From the IMG/VR virus record IMGVR_UViG_3300035670_000009, positions 128,001 through 192,000 of that record: a stretch of 64,000 bases of DNA, one strand, 5' to 3'. The DNA is from a virus. Taxonomy: Duplodnaviria > Caudoviricetes. The notes under the pieces were generated by a model. It ran no database searches, was not told where the DNA came from, and saw only the letters and a list, made by a program, of their open reading frames with translations. The position numbers and the translations under genes were made by a program. Of this stretch, positions 20,786-29,964 are shown piece by piece (position 1 is the first letter of the stretch; each line of letters begins with the position of its first letter).

Positions 20786-20929
20786 GAAAACCGTCCTTTG
20801 CTGCGTTTTCGCCCGTCATGCGGATTATTGCCAGCATACGCTTTGGCGGGTCGTACAGCCTAATTTTTGGCAGCCCTACCGAAATCTTTTTTGCGTTACT
20901 CATACAATACCTAATTACACAAGAGCACG

Positions 20930-22240
20930 CTAGAAGCGCCAGAAATCGTCCTCTTCTTCCGGCGACGGCGCGGGTAGTCGTTCTTCAGTCTCGGTAATAA
21001 CAGATTCGCTGACCTCGGTTGCCAAGTCGGCTGGCAGGGCGTCGCTTGTTTCAACACCCAGCGCCGCAACAGTCCACACGAATGAGCTTTCAGCGTCTGC
21101 TGGCACGGCGGCAATGTAATCGTAATCAGGCCCCCATTCGCCCGGTTTTTCGTAAAGCACGGCGTAATCACCCGGCTCGACCCGCAGAGATTCTGTCCAG
21201 CGACCGTTTACGCGTGTCGTGGTTCCAGCGACGGCCAAATTGCGGCTAGGCAGCGCCGGGTAAGCGGCGTCAAAAACATCTTTCGGAAAAATGTAAACGT
21301 TTGCGCCCACCACGCTGTAGCCGGTCGCATCCCGGTAGGCCAGGTTGTCGACACCGCCGTAATTGTGATCGACCAGCACGGAACCGCAGCCCAAAATCGG
21401 CAAGGTCGGGCCAGGCCGTTCAGCTGGTTCGCCGCCTATTTCTATCGCATAAATAGCGTTGGTCAGCGGCACGAGGCCCATTTCGACGTCGTAAATCAAC
21501 GGTACGCCCCGGATGGCGGCGGCTACCTTGATGGAGTGAATGATCCAGCGCTCATCGCTTGCGCCATTCACCCAGATGTCATTGGTGTTCAGGGTCGGAA
21601 AACCGATGACGCGCGCGCGGGTCATGTGGTCTTTGCGGGTCGTGCCCAGGGCGTTGGTGTCCTGGTCCTCGGTGATCGTGTACGGCGCCACGTCCCAGCA
21701 CTGCAGCGGCAGGGCCGGGTGGTAGCCCACTTCAAAACCTGTGCCCGAGCAGACCGGGCAGTTGGAGTCTAAAACTTCGCCGGTGAGCTGGTCGCGGCAG
21801 CGGGTGCAGGGCCGTCCAAATCGGAAGGGCTTGATCAGGAAGCCGGAAACAGAGACGTACTTGTGACGAAGCTGCTCCTTGCGGATGATTTCGCGGGCAA
21901 TGTTCCAATCTCGCTCGGCCAGCTCGCCGAAACAAGAAACAGGCTGGCTGACATAGATATCTTTCGGCGTAGTTAGCGTCACGCGGTAATGCGTTACCAG
22001 GTCGCTACCGGCAGCGCGCCAGACGTCGTCGTAGGCGACGTACCCGTCTGTGACCGGGCCGCCGACGTTGCGCCAGTCCGCCGCGTCGTTTAACGGGGTG
22101 TTGCCATACTGGAGCTGAAAGACGTACGGACCGGGGTCGTTAAAGGTCCGCTCTAGCTGCCACCAGACCCGGGTGACGCCGCGGACCATGTGATCCACGG
22201 CCACCTGGCGGAACGGAAATAAGCGTTTAAAACTGGACAT
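20930..22240 (-). CDS. putative head closure/neck protein with zinc finger
   Basis: 436 aa; CTRC...NCPVCSGTGF motif as in neck proteins of large myoviruses. Confidence 0.6.
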   Translation of the reverse strand: MSSFKRLFPFRQVAVDHMVRGVTRVWWQLERTFNDPGPYVFQLQYGNTPLNDAADWRNVGGPVTDGYVAYDDVWRAAGSDLVTHYRVTLTTPKDIYVSQPVSCFGELAERDWNIAREIIRKEQLRHKYVSVSGFLIKPFRFGRPCTRCRDQLTGEVLDSNCPVCSGTGFEVGYHPALPLQCWDVAPYTITEDQDTNALGTTRKDHMTRARVIGFPTLNTNDIWVNGASDERWIIHSIKVAAAIRGVPLIYDVEMGLVPLTNAIYAIEIGGEPAERPGPTLPILGCGSVLVDHNYGGVDNLAYRDATGYSVVGANVYIFPKDVFDAAYPALPSRNLAVAGTTTRVNGRWTESLRVEPGDYAVLYEKPGEWGPDYDYIAAVPADAESSFVWTVAALGVETSDALPADLATEVSESVITETEERLPAPSPEEEDDFWRF

Positions 22241-22247
22241 AGACGTT

Positions 22248-22253
22248 ATTGTA
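22248..22253 (-). promoter_or_regulatory. candidate -10 element TACAAT, 7 nt before the ATG (possible leaderless mRNA)
   Basis: gcTACAATaacgtctATG; no SD before 22240; follows an intrinsic terminator. Confidence 0.4.
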
Positions 22254-22272
22254 GCTGGCCGCGCTGATAGCT

Positions 22273-22308
22273 AAGAAAAACGCTGCGCCCGCCCCGAAGG
22301 GCGGCGCG
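22273..22308 (-). terminator. intrinsic terminator with cUUCGg tetraloop
   Basis: GCGCGCCGCCC-TTCG-GGGCGGGCGC followed by AGCGTTTTTCTT on the minus strand. Confidence 0.7.
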
Positions 22309-22330
22309 CGAACGCTTTTCTGAATCACGA

Positions 22331-22615
22331 TCACTCGTCTTTCGTCTCGGCCAGCCGTTGTCGGACTATTCCGGGCCAGTCGATACTTTGAACGCAGTCC
22401 TTGAACACGTTTTTCAGGAACGTCGGCGCAACCAGCAAGAACGGGGCGTTCAAGCTCATGAACGCCGCGCGGATCGCGACGCCAATTTTCTCAGCGTCGC
22501 CTGCGTCGCCGTGGTTTTCCGTTACCTCGCGGAGCGTTGGGCCCTCTTCTTGGTCCATCTCGCGAATCCAATTAAGAATTATGGTGCTCAGCTCATTCAG
22601 CTCTGCGGTGCTCAT
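22331..22615 (-). CDS. small helical protein, paralog of 22615..22899
   Basis: 94 aa; shares RE.D...G..L...D...IG.A...PF...AP...DW with its neighbour. Confidence 0.7.
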   Translation of the reverse strand: MSTAELNELSTIILNWIREMDQEEGPTLREVTENHGDAGDAEKIGVAIRAAFMSLNAPFLLVAPTFLKNVFKDCVQSIDWPGIVRQRLAETKDE

Positions 22616-22899
22616 TAGTTCAGCTCCGGACGAACGAGAAGGTTGTCGATGACATAAGTCCAGTCGACTTTAGCCATAAAGTTGTTGAGCAGCGCCACCG
22701 TCGGGGGCGGGGCCAATGCGACAAACGGGACGTAGGCGACACGAATTGCGTTGGCCAGCGCCTCTCCTATGCTCGCCACGTCGTCTTCTTTGGCGCGCGC
22801 CACTGCCTTTTCCACAAGTGCGCCGCCCGTTCGCTTGTCGAGCTCACGCAAGCTCCGCAACGCGAGCAGCGTTTCTTTGTTAGCCACTGCCAGTGGCAT
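22615..22899 (-). CDS. small helical protein, paralog of 22331..22615
   Basis: 94 aa; SD GAGGAGG; 1-nt overlap. Confidence 0.7.
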   Translation of the reverse strand: MPLAVANKETLLALRSLRELDKRTGGALVEKAVARAKEDDVASIGEALANAIRVAYVPFVALAPPPTVALLNNFMAKVDWTYVIDNLLVRPELN

Positions 22900-23086
22900 G
22901 ACGTAGCCTCCTCAGCGGGCTACTGGGTAGCGCCCAGCGCGCAGCGGCTTTCCGATACAGCCGCCAATAGATATCTATTCCGCGCGTTTCACACGGTAGC
23001 GTGATACTACCGCGCCGAAACACCGCAGGGAATGCGCTCCGGTGCAAAACCCTGGGCAATTAATATGCCCGCGTTTCCGGACTTTT

Positions 23087-24100
23087 TTAGTAGCGCATCC
23101 GGGCGCCGCTGGTGTAAGCCGAATACTTGTAAGTGCTAGTAACTTCGCCGTAGCAACTCTCGAGATTAATCGCGGCCTTTGTGACCCGGACCCAATCTCG
23201 ATAGGCCTGCCAGCGGGCCTGTCCGGCCTGGTCATACGCCTGGGACTTGTTTTGATCGTTGATCTGAAGCCCGGCGGCGGCGTACTGGAAATCGTTGCGG
23301 CGGAACTGCTCGGCGACCATGAAAAACAAGTTGGCGCAGATCCCCTCGAGCCAGTGGTATCGAAATGGGAAACTTTGGGTCGTGTACGTATCAATCGGCG
23401 GTGGCGTCTCGTTCCAGTACATAACTGGGCGCGAGACGGCCAGCGCGATTTCGGCGTCGTCAAACATCAGATTATCGAGCAGGTAGCTTTCGCCGGGCGA
23501 GCTGTCGCGAAGATGAAGCCGAATCTCAGAAATTGACGGCGGGCCGCCTTCCTGTCCTTGGGGGCCGAAGGTGCCGCGGTTGATGACCACCGAGAAGGTG
23601 TTTGAGAAAACAACGCAAGGCTGCCCGGCTGCTTCGGCCTGGACGCTCACCAGGGCCATCTCGCCGTAATAGACGCCAGGCAGGTCGGTCATGCCTTTAG
23701 TCAGCTCAGCTCGCACGCGCCCTTCTGACGCGTCGACAACGGCTGCCTCGACCTCCAGCGGCGGCCGTTGGTTGCCCAGGCTAAGTTGCTCCTTGAGGCG
23801 CAGGACGACTCTGAAATCGGCGTCTGCGACGCTCTGAGAACCGTCTGTAAGGCCACAAGGCTCCAGGTTTACCGGATGGCCGTGCTGGTCGTGCAGCTGC
23901 CAGTCGAGAAATCCGCACTGCCCTTGCGTAAAGTTTACGGCGCGCATCCGGCCGTAGACCGGCGCGCCATTTACCGTAGAAACCGGCGCGCTGATGACGT
24001 TCTGTGTGGCGCAAGGTACTGGATTTAACTGGCCGTTAGACAGTTGTGGTTCTGGATACGGAACTTGTGGATACGGATTGGGCGTGGCGACGACAACCAT
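23087..24100 (-). CDS. putative head-tail adaptor (neck 1) with N-terminal Ig-like domain
   Basis: About 337 aa from MVVVATP (SD GGAG); C-terminal SISEIRLHLRD...LMFDDAEI adaptor-like; synteny after the capsid genes. Confidence 0.55.
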   Translation of the reverse strand: MVVVATPNPYPQVPYPEPQLSNGQLNPVPCATQNVISAPVSTVNGAPVYGRMRAVNFTQGQCGFLDWQLHDQHGHPVNLEPCGLTDGSQSVADADFRVVLRLKEQLSLGNQRPPLEVEAAVVDASEGRVRAELTKGMTDLPGVYYGEMALVSVQAEAAGQPCVVFSNTFSVVINRGTFGPQGQEGGPPSISEIRLHLRDSSPGESYLLDNLMFDDAEIALAVSRPVMYWNETPPPIDTYTTQSFPFRYHWLEGICANLFFMVAEQFRRNDFQYAAAGLQINDQNKSQAYDQAGQARWQAYRDWVRVTKAAINLESCYGEVTSTYKYSAYTSGARMRY

Positions 24101-24104
24101 TGGT

Positions 24105-24209
24105 TTACTCCATAAAACAGTGGATAACCCACAAACCGGGCGCGCCCAGCGCGACCTCGGGCCATAGGACAAACGCAGTCGCAAGGAGCATTACAAAAAA
24201 ACGACGCAT
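24105..24209 (-). CDS. 34-aa hydrophobic small protein
   Basis: MRRFFVMLLATAFVLWPEVALGAPGLWVIHCFME; GAGG SD 8 nt upstream; fills the gap exactly. Confidence 0.45.
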   Translation of the reverse strand: MRRFFVMLLATAFVLWPEVALGAPGLWVIHCFME

Positions 24210-24228
24210 CGTGCGGTCCTCATAGCGA

Positions 24229-24260
24229 AGAAGGCTGGCCGCATGCGCAGCCAGCCTTCT
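24229..24260 (-). terminator. hairpin after the capsid-associated genes
   Basis: Perfect 11-bp inverted repeat AGAAGGCTGGC/GCCAGCCTTCT. Confidence 0.55.
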
Positions 24261-24288
24261 CTTACGCGTGACGATCGGTTTGCGCGAC

Positions 24289-24654
24289 TCAGTCGTCGTT
24301 GTCGACCCAGTCGCTCGTGCCGGTACCGGTCGGATCCCACTGGGGGTCGACCGTGCCGAGCACAAGGCCGTCGAGTGCAAGCTCGCGAGTCACCTCAGCC
24401 TCAGCGCTGTAGAGATACGTAGCTGGCGAGCTGACGATCTTCAGATCGCCCGCCTGCAGCGCGGTCTCGAGCGCCTTGAACTTCCGCTGGCTCCTCTGTC
24501 CGCCCAGCTTGCTGACGAGGTCGCCCGGAACCGTATAGGTCTCGTTCGCCTCGAGTCGCTTGCCGTGCGTACCGAGGAAGCCGAACACCTTGGCGGCGCC
24601 AGAAGTGTTCTCAACCGTCGTATACAGGCCAGTAGTCACAGGGGTGTAGGGCAT
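24289..24654 (-). CDS. hypothetical virion protein (head module)
   Basis: 121 aa, strongly GC3-biased codons like the capsid gene. Confidence 0.6.
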   Translation of the reverse strand: MPYTPVTTGLYTTVENTSGAAKVFGFLGTHGKRLEANETYTVPGDLVSKLGGQRSQRKFKALETALQAGDLKIVSSPATYLYSAEAEVTRELALDGLVLGTVDPQWDPTGTGTSDWVDNDD

Positions 24655-24672
24655 GATTCACTCTCTTTCTGT

Positions 24673-25071
24673 TCACTCGGCGTTCTGCATCGCCGCGGCG
24701 GCAGCAGCCTGCAGCGTGAGAATCGCGTTGGCGATCTCAGGCTGGCCGACCACCACATCCGCAGCCCCGTTAAACGCCGCCGACTTCTCGGTCGCCGCAG
24801 CGTCCGCACCGCCCATGCCAGCAGCAGCAAGCATGGCATCCAGCTCCTGGTTCACAGCGACCAGGCCCGAAGCGCTCGCCGCGGCGGCCTTCTCCTGCTC
24901 AGCCGTGTAGAGCACATGAAGCTTCTGCGCAGCCGACCACATGTCGGCGGCTTCCTGCTCAGACCGCGGCGCGATGCCGTGAGCAGACAGCTTCTCAAAG
25001 AAATACGGCGCAGCAAGCTCCGACACAATCGTGTTGTAGGCCTGCTCGGCCGCGACTTTTACATCATCCAT
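24673..25071 (-). CDS. hypothetical Ala-rich head-module protein
   Basis: 132 aa, SD AAGGAG, K-x-A motifs (KVAA, EKAA, EKSAA). Confidence 0.7.
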   Translation of the reverse strand: MDDVKVAAEQAYNTIVSELAAPYFFEKLSAHGIAPRSEQEAADMWSAAQKLHVLYTAEQEKAAAASASGLVAVNQELDAMLAAAGMGGADAAATEKSAAFNGAADVVVGQPEIANAILTLQAAAAAAMQNAE

Positions 25072-25098
25072 GAGTAGTGCTCTCCTTGTTTTGATCCG

Positions 25099-25130
25099 GG
25101 GCAGCGGGCGTTTTTAAGCGCCCGCTGCCC
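25099..25130 (-). promoter_or_regulatory. 12-bp stem hairpin after the major capsid gene
   Basis: GGGCAGCGGGCG/CGCCCGCTGCCC; no U tract after it, so possibly a stability or processing element. Confidence 0.55.
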
Positions 25131-25151
25131 GAAGATCGCTATATCACGGCA

Positions 25152-26078
25152 TCACTTGAAATCGACGCGAGCGAGACCGTTCGTGTGACCGAACGAGCCG
25201 CCCTGCGTGTTGTAGGCGAAGTACTCGAGCATGTACGCCTCACGACGGATGTACATCGTGGTGGGCTCCAGCTCGTAATTCTTGCCAATGAACTTGGGCG
25301 ACGCGAACATGAACATCGAGTCGTCCGGCACAAGGTCGCGCTTGATCGTGACGATCCAGCGGCAGTTGAGGAAGTTGGTCTCCGCCCAACCGTTCTTGAT
25401 GATGTCCTGCGAGAAATCACCGCCCATCTCGTCGCGGCCGAACTTCAGCAGCTCTTTGATGGTGATGTTGTTCACCAGGCAGGTCTCGACCTCGAAGTGC
25501 GAGGGCGTCCGCGGCATAACCTTCAGCGCGTCGACAATCGTCTCACGCGTGATGCCGCCGTGGATTTCCTCGTACTGCACGACACCGGACGCAACGTTCG
25601 CCACGCCCGGGGTCGGGAGGACGGCGTTGAACGCGGCGATGAACTTGGAATCCTCTTCCGCCAGCATGTCCTTGATCATGTTGTCGGAAAGGACCTGACG
25701 GATGTCGATCACGTAGGTACGCAGCTCGTCGACGTCCTTCACAGCGCGGGGCGACACGATCCGGTCAAACATGACGCGGTATCGCGGGCCACGGATGTAG
25801 AAGTTGATCGGGAGCGTCGCGAACGGGAGCGACACAGCCGCCGGGGAGTCGGGTTCCTTGTCGACCACCTTGACGGGCTTGTCAGTGTCAACCTGACGGT
25901 CAAGCTCGTCGTTGGTGATGGTCAGCGGCGGCATAATCCGCCGGTAGAACCCGTCTTCACGCATCTTGGTGCGCGTGAAGTCGTTAACAGCGTCAACGGC
26001 CTGCTTCTGCATGCCGGGGGTGTCAAGCTGCTCGAAGAGCGTCTCGTTGAGCAGCTGGATTTCTTGCGGAGTGGGCAT
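25152..26078 (-). CDS. major capsid protein (HK97 fold)
   Basis: 308 aa; HK97-like pattern (KDVDELRTYVIDIRQVLSDNMIKDMLAEEDSKF); extreme GC3 bias; follows protease, scaffold and cement genes. Confidence 0.8.
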   Translation of the reverse strand: MPTPQEIQLLNETLFEQLDTPGMQKQAVDAVNDFTRTKMREDGFYRRIMPPLTITNDELDRQVDTDKPVKVVDKEPDSPAAVSLPFATLPINFYIRGPRYRVMFDRIVSPRAVKDVDELRTYVIDIRQVLSDNMIKDMLAEEDSKFIAAFNAVLPTPGVANVASGVVQYEEIHGGITRETIVDALKVMPRTPSHFEVETCLVNNITIKELLKFGRDEMGGDFSQDIIKNGWAETNFLNCRWIVTIKRDLVPDDSMFMFASPKFIGKNYELEPTTMYIRREAYMLEYFAYNTQGGSFGHTNGLARVDFK

Positions 26079-26118
26079 TTAAGGAACCTCCATGTTCCGG
26101 GTGTAACTAGGGATGGAC

Positions 26119-26667
26119 TCAGGCGGCCTCGCCCGGGAGCCACACGGTCCAGAAGGACAGTGCGAAGACCCCGTTGTGGTTTTTGGCCTTACCGGACGAC
26201 ACGACACCGACCACCGGCGTCACAAACTGCTCGACCGACTCGTTGGTGATCCGACCACCGGTCGTGGCGTCGGAATTCGAAGCCACCGCGGTGAGAAGAT
26301 CGCCGGGAGTGTAAGTGCGAGACGAGTCGAACTCCGTCGACGCGATCTCATAACCACCCGTCGCCACAAGGCCGGACATCTTGCCGGTCGGGGCGATGGC
26401 CCGGTGCATGAAATTGCCAGACGCCGTGGTGCCGGGGTTACTGACGTCCGCTTCGGCCGAGCCGTTGAGCAGAAAGACCGCAACGCCGGTGTTGTGCGCA
26501 CCCGGCCGGAAATTGCCGTCCGTATCAACGTGAACCACGCGACCGCGCGGGACGTCGAAAGAAACGACCGAAGCGAGCTTGGCGTCGTAGTCAAGGGCGG
26601 CCATCTGGAACCAGCCCTTTTTGACGTCGAGCCCCTTCTCAGTGATCAGATTGGGAGCAGTTGCCAT
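26119..26667 (-). CDS. putative capsid decoration/cement protein
   Basis: 182 aa, Gly-rich beta protein immediately before the capsid gene. Confidence 0.55.
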   Translation of the reverse strand: MATAPNLITEKGLDVKKGWFQMAALDYDAKLASVVSFDVPRGRVVHVDTDGNFRPGAHNTGVAVFLLNGSAEADVSNPGTTASGNFMHRAIAPTGKMSGLVATGGYEIASTEFDSSRTYTPGDLLTAVASNSDATTGGRITNESVEQFVTPVVGVVSSGKAKNHNGVFALSFWTVWLPGEAA

Positions 26668-26715
26668 GTTAAGACCTCCATGTCTTTTTGGTGAAAATCA
26701 CAGATCCATGTGAAA

Positions 26716-27141
26716 TCAGGCAGTGGGCGGGTTCAGACCAAGACCCTGGAACAACTTGATGTCCGAGGCCTTGAGCTTGCCGTCACGAGCGCCCACATAC
26801 CCGCTCGTCAGGCTGTTCGACGGGTCGTAACCGGCGGTTTTGGTAGCCACCGGCGTGCCCAGGCGTGCCATCTCGGCAGCGTTTTTGTGCGCTGCGAGCT
26901 TGATCACGAGTTCCATGGCGCGCACCGGATTAGCGAGAGCCGCTGCAAGGGCCTCTTTCTGGTGCGGCTCGACCCGTTCGTTTTCGAGACAGGCCTTCAC
27001 AGCTTCAGGGATCAGGCGCGCCAGCTTCTCGTTCTGCTCTTCGCGCTCCTTGATCACCGCGGCGGCCTTGGTCATCGCCGCATCGGAAAAACCGATGTAG
27101 TCGACGATGTTTTGGACCAGCGGGTTATTGCAGTTGGACAT
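26716..27141 (-). CDS. hypothetical head-module protein
   Basis: 141 aa, SD GGAGG, K-x-A motifs. Confidence 0.7.
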   Translation of the reverse strand: MSNCNNPLVQNIVDYIGFSDAAMTKAAAVIKEREEQNEKLARLIPEAVKACLENERVEPHQKEALAAALANPVRAMELVIKLAAHKNAAEMARLGTPVATKTAGYDPSNSLTSGYVGARDGKLKASDIKLFQGLGLNPPTA

Positions 27142-27162
27142 GGTTTCAAACCTCCGTGTGAT

Positions 27163-28452
27163 TTACCGGTTGACGAGTTCCAGAACGTGCTGCTTCATGA
27201 TGTCGCGCAGCTGACGCGACCGCTTGGTGCGTGCTTCCTTGACCTGGAACTTGCCGCTCCGCTTGAAGTTGATCACGGCCGCGCCGATCGCGTTCAGGTC
27301 GTTCACTGAAGCCATCTTGGGCGCCATCTCGGCGCCAGCCTCGGGGCCAGCGGGCGGCATGTCGCCTGCGCCGCCACCGCCCTGCAGGGCACCAATCAGA
27401 GCCTCGGGCGGAATGCCCAGCTCTTCAAGCGCCATGGCCAGCTCCTGAACCGCCTCGTCTTCTGACGGGGCGCCAGCGCCCTCGGCACCCATCGGCATTG
27501 CACCGGCGTCTTCGCCGCCCATCATGCCCTCGAGACCGGCGGATTCAGCGCCCATCTCTCCGGCCGGGCTTGCGCCGGACTCGTCGTCACCGGGAGCCGA
27601 GTGATCCTCGCCTTCCGCAGCCTCATCGCCCATGTCCGCAGCCGCGGCCTTTGAAGCGAGGAAGCCAATGAACAGGTCCGCCATCTCGTCGGCCTCGCGG
27701 AGCGTGTTTGCCGCAACTTCGCGCACGGACGCTTCAGCCGCCTCTTTGCTCATGCCGAGCGCCGCGGCCAGCTCGTAACCAGCTTTGAAAGCGGCTTCCT
27801 TGCCCTCGCGAAGAGCTGCGAGATCAGAACCCTCGATCTTGCCGTCGTTGTCAACGTCAAGTTTGTGCTGATCACCCTTCAGCTCCCCCTTCGGCGCGTC
27901 CTTCTTCTTTTCCTTGAGGAAGGCAGGCATCTCGGCGGACTTCTCTGCGCTGGCGTTGAGCAGCGTCGCGAGAATGTCGTTACCAAGCGCCGCGGCTCGG
28001 GTCATCGCTTCTTTGAAAGAAACCGACGAATACTTTTCGCCGTCGTTTGCCTTCGCGGGGTGCGAGGTGCCCGGGTCGTCCTTGTCGCCCTTGTAGTCGT
28101 GCTCGGCGGCCGGATCTTCGCCAGTGGCGGCAACGTTTGTGCCGATGTTCTGCTGGACTTCGTCCTGACGGCCCTCATAGGGAAGCTCGGGAGTGTTGTC
28201 CACTGCGAGCGCGCCCTGCTGCTTCTTGATGTCGGCTTCGTATTCCGACGCGCGCGAACCAGTCTCCGCCTTCTGCACGTTGTTGTCGACGTGCGCGGTG
28301 GGGTGCGTAGACGCGCCCATGTAAGTGCCGGGGTCCGCCGGGGTGGGGCCGCCCTCCGCCTTTTTCTCGGCGGCTGTTTTCACAGCAGTGTGTGAAATCT
28401 CTTCGGCCAGGGCGTTAAGCTGCGCGAAAAGCGATCGTTGCATCCGTGCCAT
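27163..28452 (-). CDS. putative capsid scaffolding protein
   Basis: About 429 aa from MARMQ; acidic, Ala/Glu-rich, low complexity; directly after the protease gene. Confidence 0.6.
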   Translation of the reverse strand: MARMQRSLFAQLNALAEEISHTAVKTAAEKKAEGGPTPADPGTYMGASTHPTAHVDNNVQKAETGSRASEYEADIKKQQGALAVDNTPELPYEGRQDEVQQNIGTNVAATGEDPAAEHDYKGDKDDPGTSHPAKANDGEKYSSVSFKEAMTRAAALGNDILATLLNASAEKSAEMPAFLKEKKKDAPKGELKGDQHKLDVDNDGKIEGSDLAALREGKEAAFKAGYELAAALGMSKEAAEASVREVAANTLREADEMADLFIGFLASKAAAADMGDEAAEGEDHSAPGDDESGASPAGEMGAESAGLEGMMGGEDAGAMPMGAEGAGAPSEDEAVQELAMALEELGIPPEALIGALQGGGGAGDMPPAGPEAGAEMAPKMASVNDLNAIGAAVINFKRSGKFQVKEARTKRSRQLRDIMKQHVLELVNR

Positions 28453-28497
28453 GTTCTTCTCCTTTAGGCTCCACACGCTCTAACGCGCGGACTCCAT

Positions 28498-29955
28498 TCA
28501 AGTGATGTAATTTTGCAGAACACAATGGTTTGCTGTCAACCAGCAATTTCCATATTTCTCGCTGAGGGTCGCGTAAGCCGCAATCTTATAGAAAGCGTAC
28601 TGCCGCGCAAGTGCCGAAGCCGCGGGTTTATTATCGCCCGCCTCCTTGGCAAGAGCTGCAACCTGCACGTCGCGAAGCGCGCTATGGTAAGCGCGCTTTT
28701 CCACGGCTTGCGGTCGTACACTGTGCGTCATAGCTACCTTTTCAGCCCAGACCTGGACAGGCATTGCCGCGGCCGGAGCCGGAAGAAATGCGTTGTTTTC
28801 AAGCTCGCCCGCGGTGTCCGGGTCGTTTGCAAGTTTACTGAAAATGCTATCTAGCGCGCTAGTCACAGCGCGCACCAGGTTATCGCTCGCGGCTTTTACA
28901 GTAAGCGTTAAGAAATCGCGGACGGGGAGCACCACTCCCGCATCGGCTAGCGCGCGCAGGACCTGCCCGAATTTCACGTTCTCGCAAGGCGCAAAGTCGA
29001 CCGGCGGCTGCGCGTTAGCCGTCGACGCCAGCGCAACTTGTGTCCAGGCGCGGGGGTCGTGGATTACCGCGCGCTCGGCCGCGGCCAGTTTTTCAAGTGC
29101 CGCGAGTTGGCTTTGCAGCTGCAGGCTGGTGGCAACACGATCGAAACCCAGCGGCGCTGTAACGCCCAGCTGTTCGGCCAACTCGGCCCCTGAGAGCACA
29201 CCAGCGCTGGCTGCCTTTTGCAGAGTGCCAGAGATGTAGGCAATGCGATCAGCGGGGCGGAAAACGTGGCTGATGTCGAAGAACGTCGGATCGGGGTTGT
29301 CGGCGTGAAGGATGTGGCCGTCAGCGAGAACCCGCCCCAGGTTGTGTTTCAGCCCGCCCGCCTTGCACATGCCGCCATTCTCGACAGAGTCGCAATACTC
29401 TGCGCGCGTGCGAGCTTTGTTTCCGCAGCCAGAGCAAACGTCGAAAGGAATCTTGCAGGCCATCGAAACACCGATATCGTCGCCGCGAGCCAATTTCTCC
29501 GTTTCTTTGTCGGCGAGCAGGCCGCCGTTGCGCTCGGCAGCCTCCTTGCTGGCATTTAGCGCGCAGATCAGCTCGATCCGGTGCATTGGCTCGTTGTAGG
29601 CAGCGAGCTTCACAACGCCGTAGCTTTTGGCCGGGTTCTTGTTGAGATGGTCGCGGTAGAAACGCGCAAACTTCTCGAACGTGTGGTGGTGCTTGCGGCA
29701 GCAGTCGCGAGTGAAACCGTCGGCATTGCGGTTTGGGCCGTAATCTTCGGTGGCGCCGATCGCGATCATGTGGACCGGGATCTCGTCCGCCGCGAACTTG
29801 ATGCGGCTGAGGCGCTCGGCGAAATCCACGCCCGCGCGTTTCACAAAAGCGTCCTTGTCGGCTCCCAGTAGGCCGCGGCTGGAAATTTTAATTAGCGACG
29901 CTACCGGCTCGCTGAAATCCTGCGAGTTCGGCTGGATGATCTTGATCATGCTCAT
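28498..29955 (-). CDS. putative prohead maturation serine protease with Cys-rich insert
   Basis: 485 aa; RDHLNKNPAKSYGVV and GVSMAC resemble the His and Ser motifs of HK97/assemblin-type proteases; CSGCG...YC...C insert; upstream of scaffold and capsid. Confidence 0.6.
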   Translation of the reverse strand: MSMIKIIQPNSQDFSEPVASLIKISSRGLLGADKDAFVKRAGVDFAERLSRIKFAADEIPVHMIAIGATEDYGPNRNADGFTRDCCRKHHHTFEKFARFYRDHLNKNPAKSYGVVKLAAYNEPMHRIELICALNASKEAAERNGGLLADKETEKLARGDDIGVSMACKIPFDVCSGCGNKARTRAEYCDSVENGGMCKAGGLKHNLGRVLADGHILHADNPDPTFFDISHVFRPADRIAYISGTLQKAASAGVLSGAELAEQLGVTAPLGFDRVATSLQLQSQLAALEKLAAAERAVIHDPRAWTQVALASTANAQPPVDFAPCENVKFGQVLRALADAGVVLPVRDFLTLTVKAASDNLVRAVTSALDSIFSKLANDPDTAGELENNAFLPAPAAAMPVQVWAEKVAMTHSVRPQAVEKRAYHSALRDVQVAALAKEAGDNKPAASALARQYAFYKIAAYATLSEKYGNCWLTANHCVLQNYIT

Positions 29956-29964
29956 AGGAGTGCC

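Noticed and set aside
20700-20903. 67-aa ORF MSNAKKISVGLPK...
   Set aside because: It overlaps 20072..20785 by 86 nt and has no clear SD; possible, but not supportable from sequence alone.
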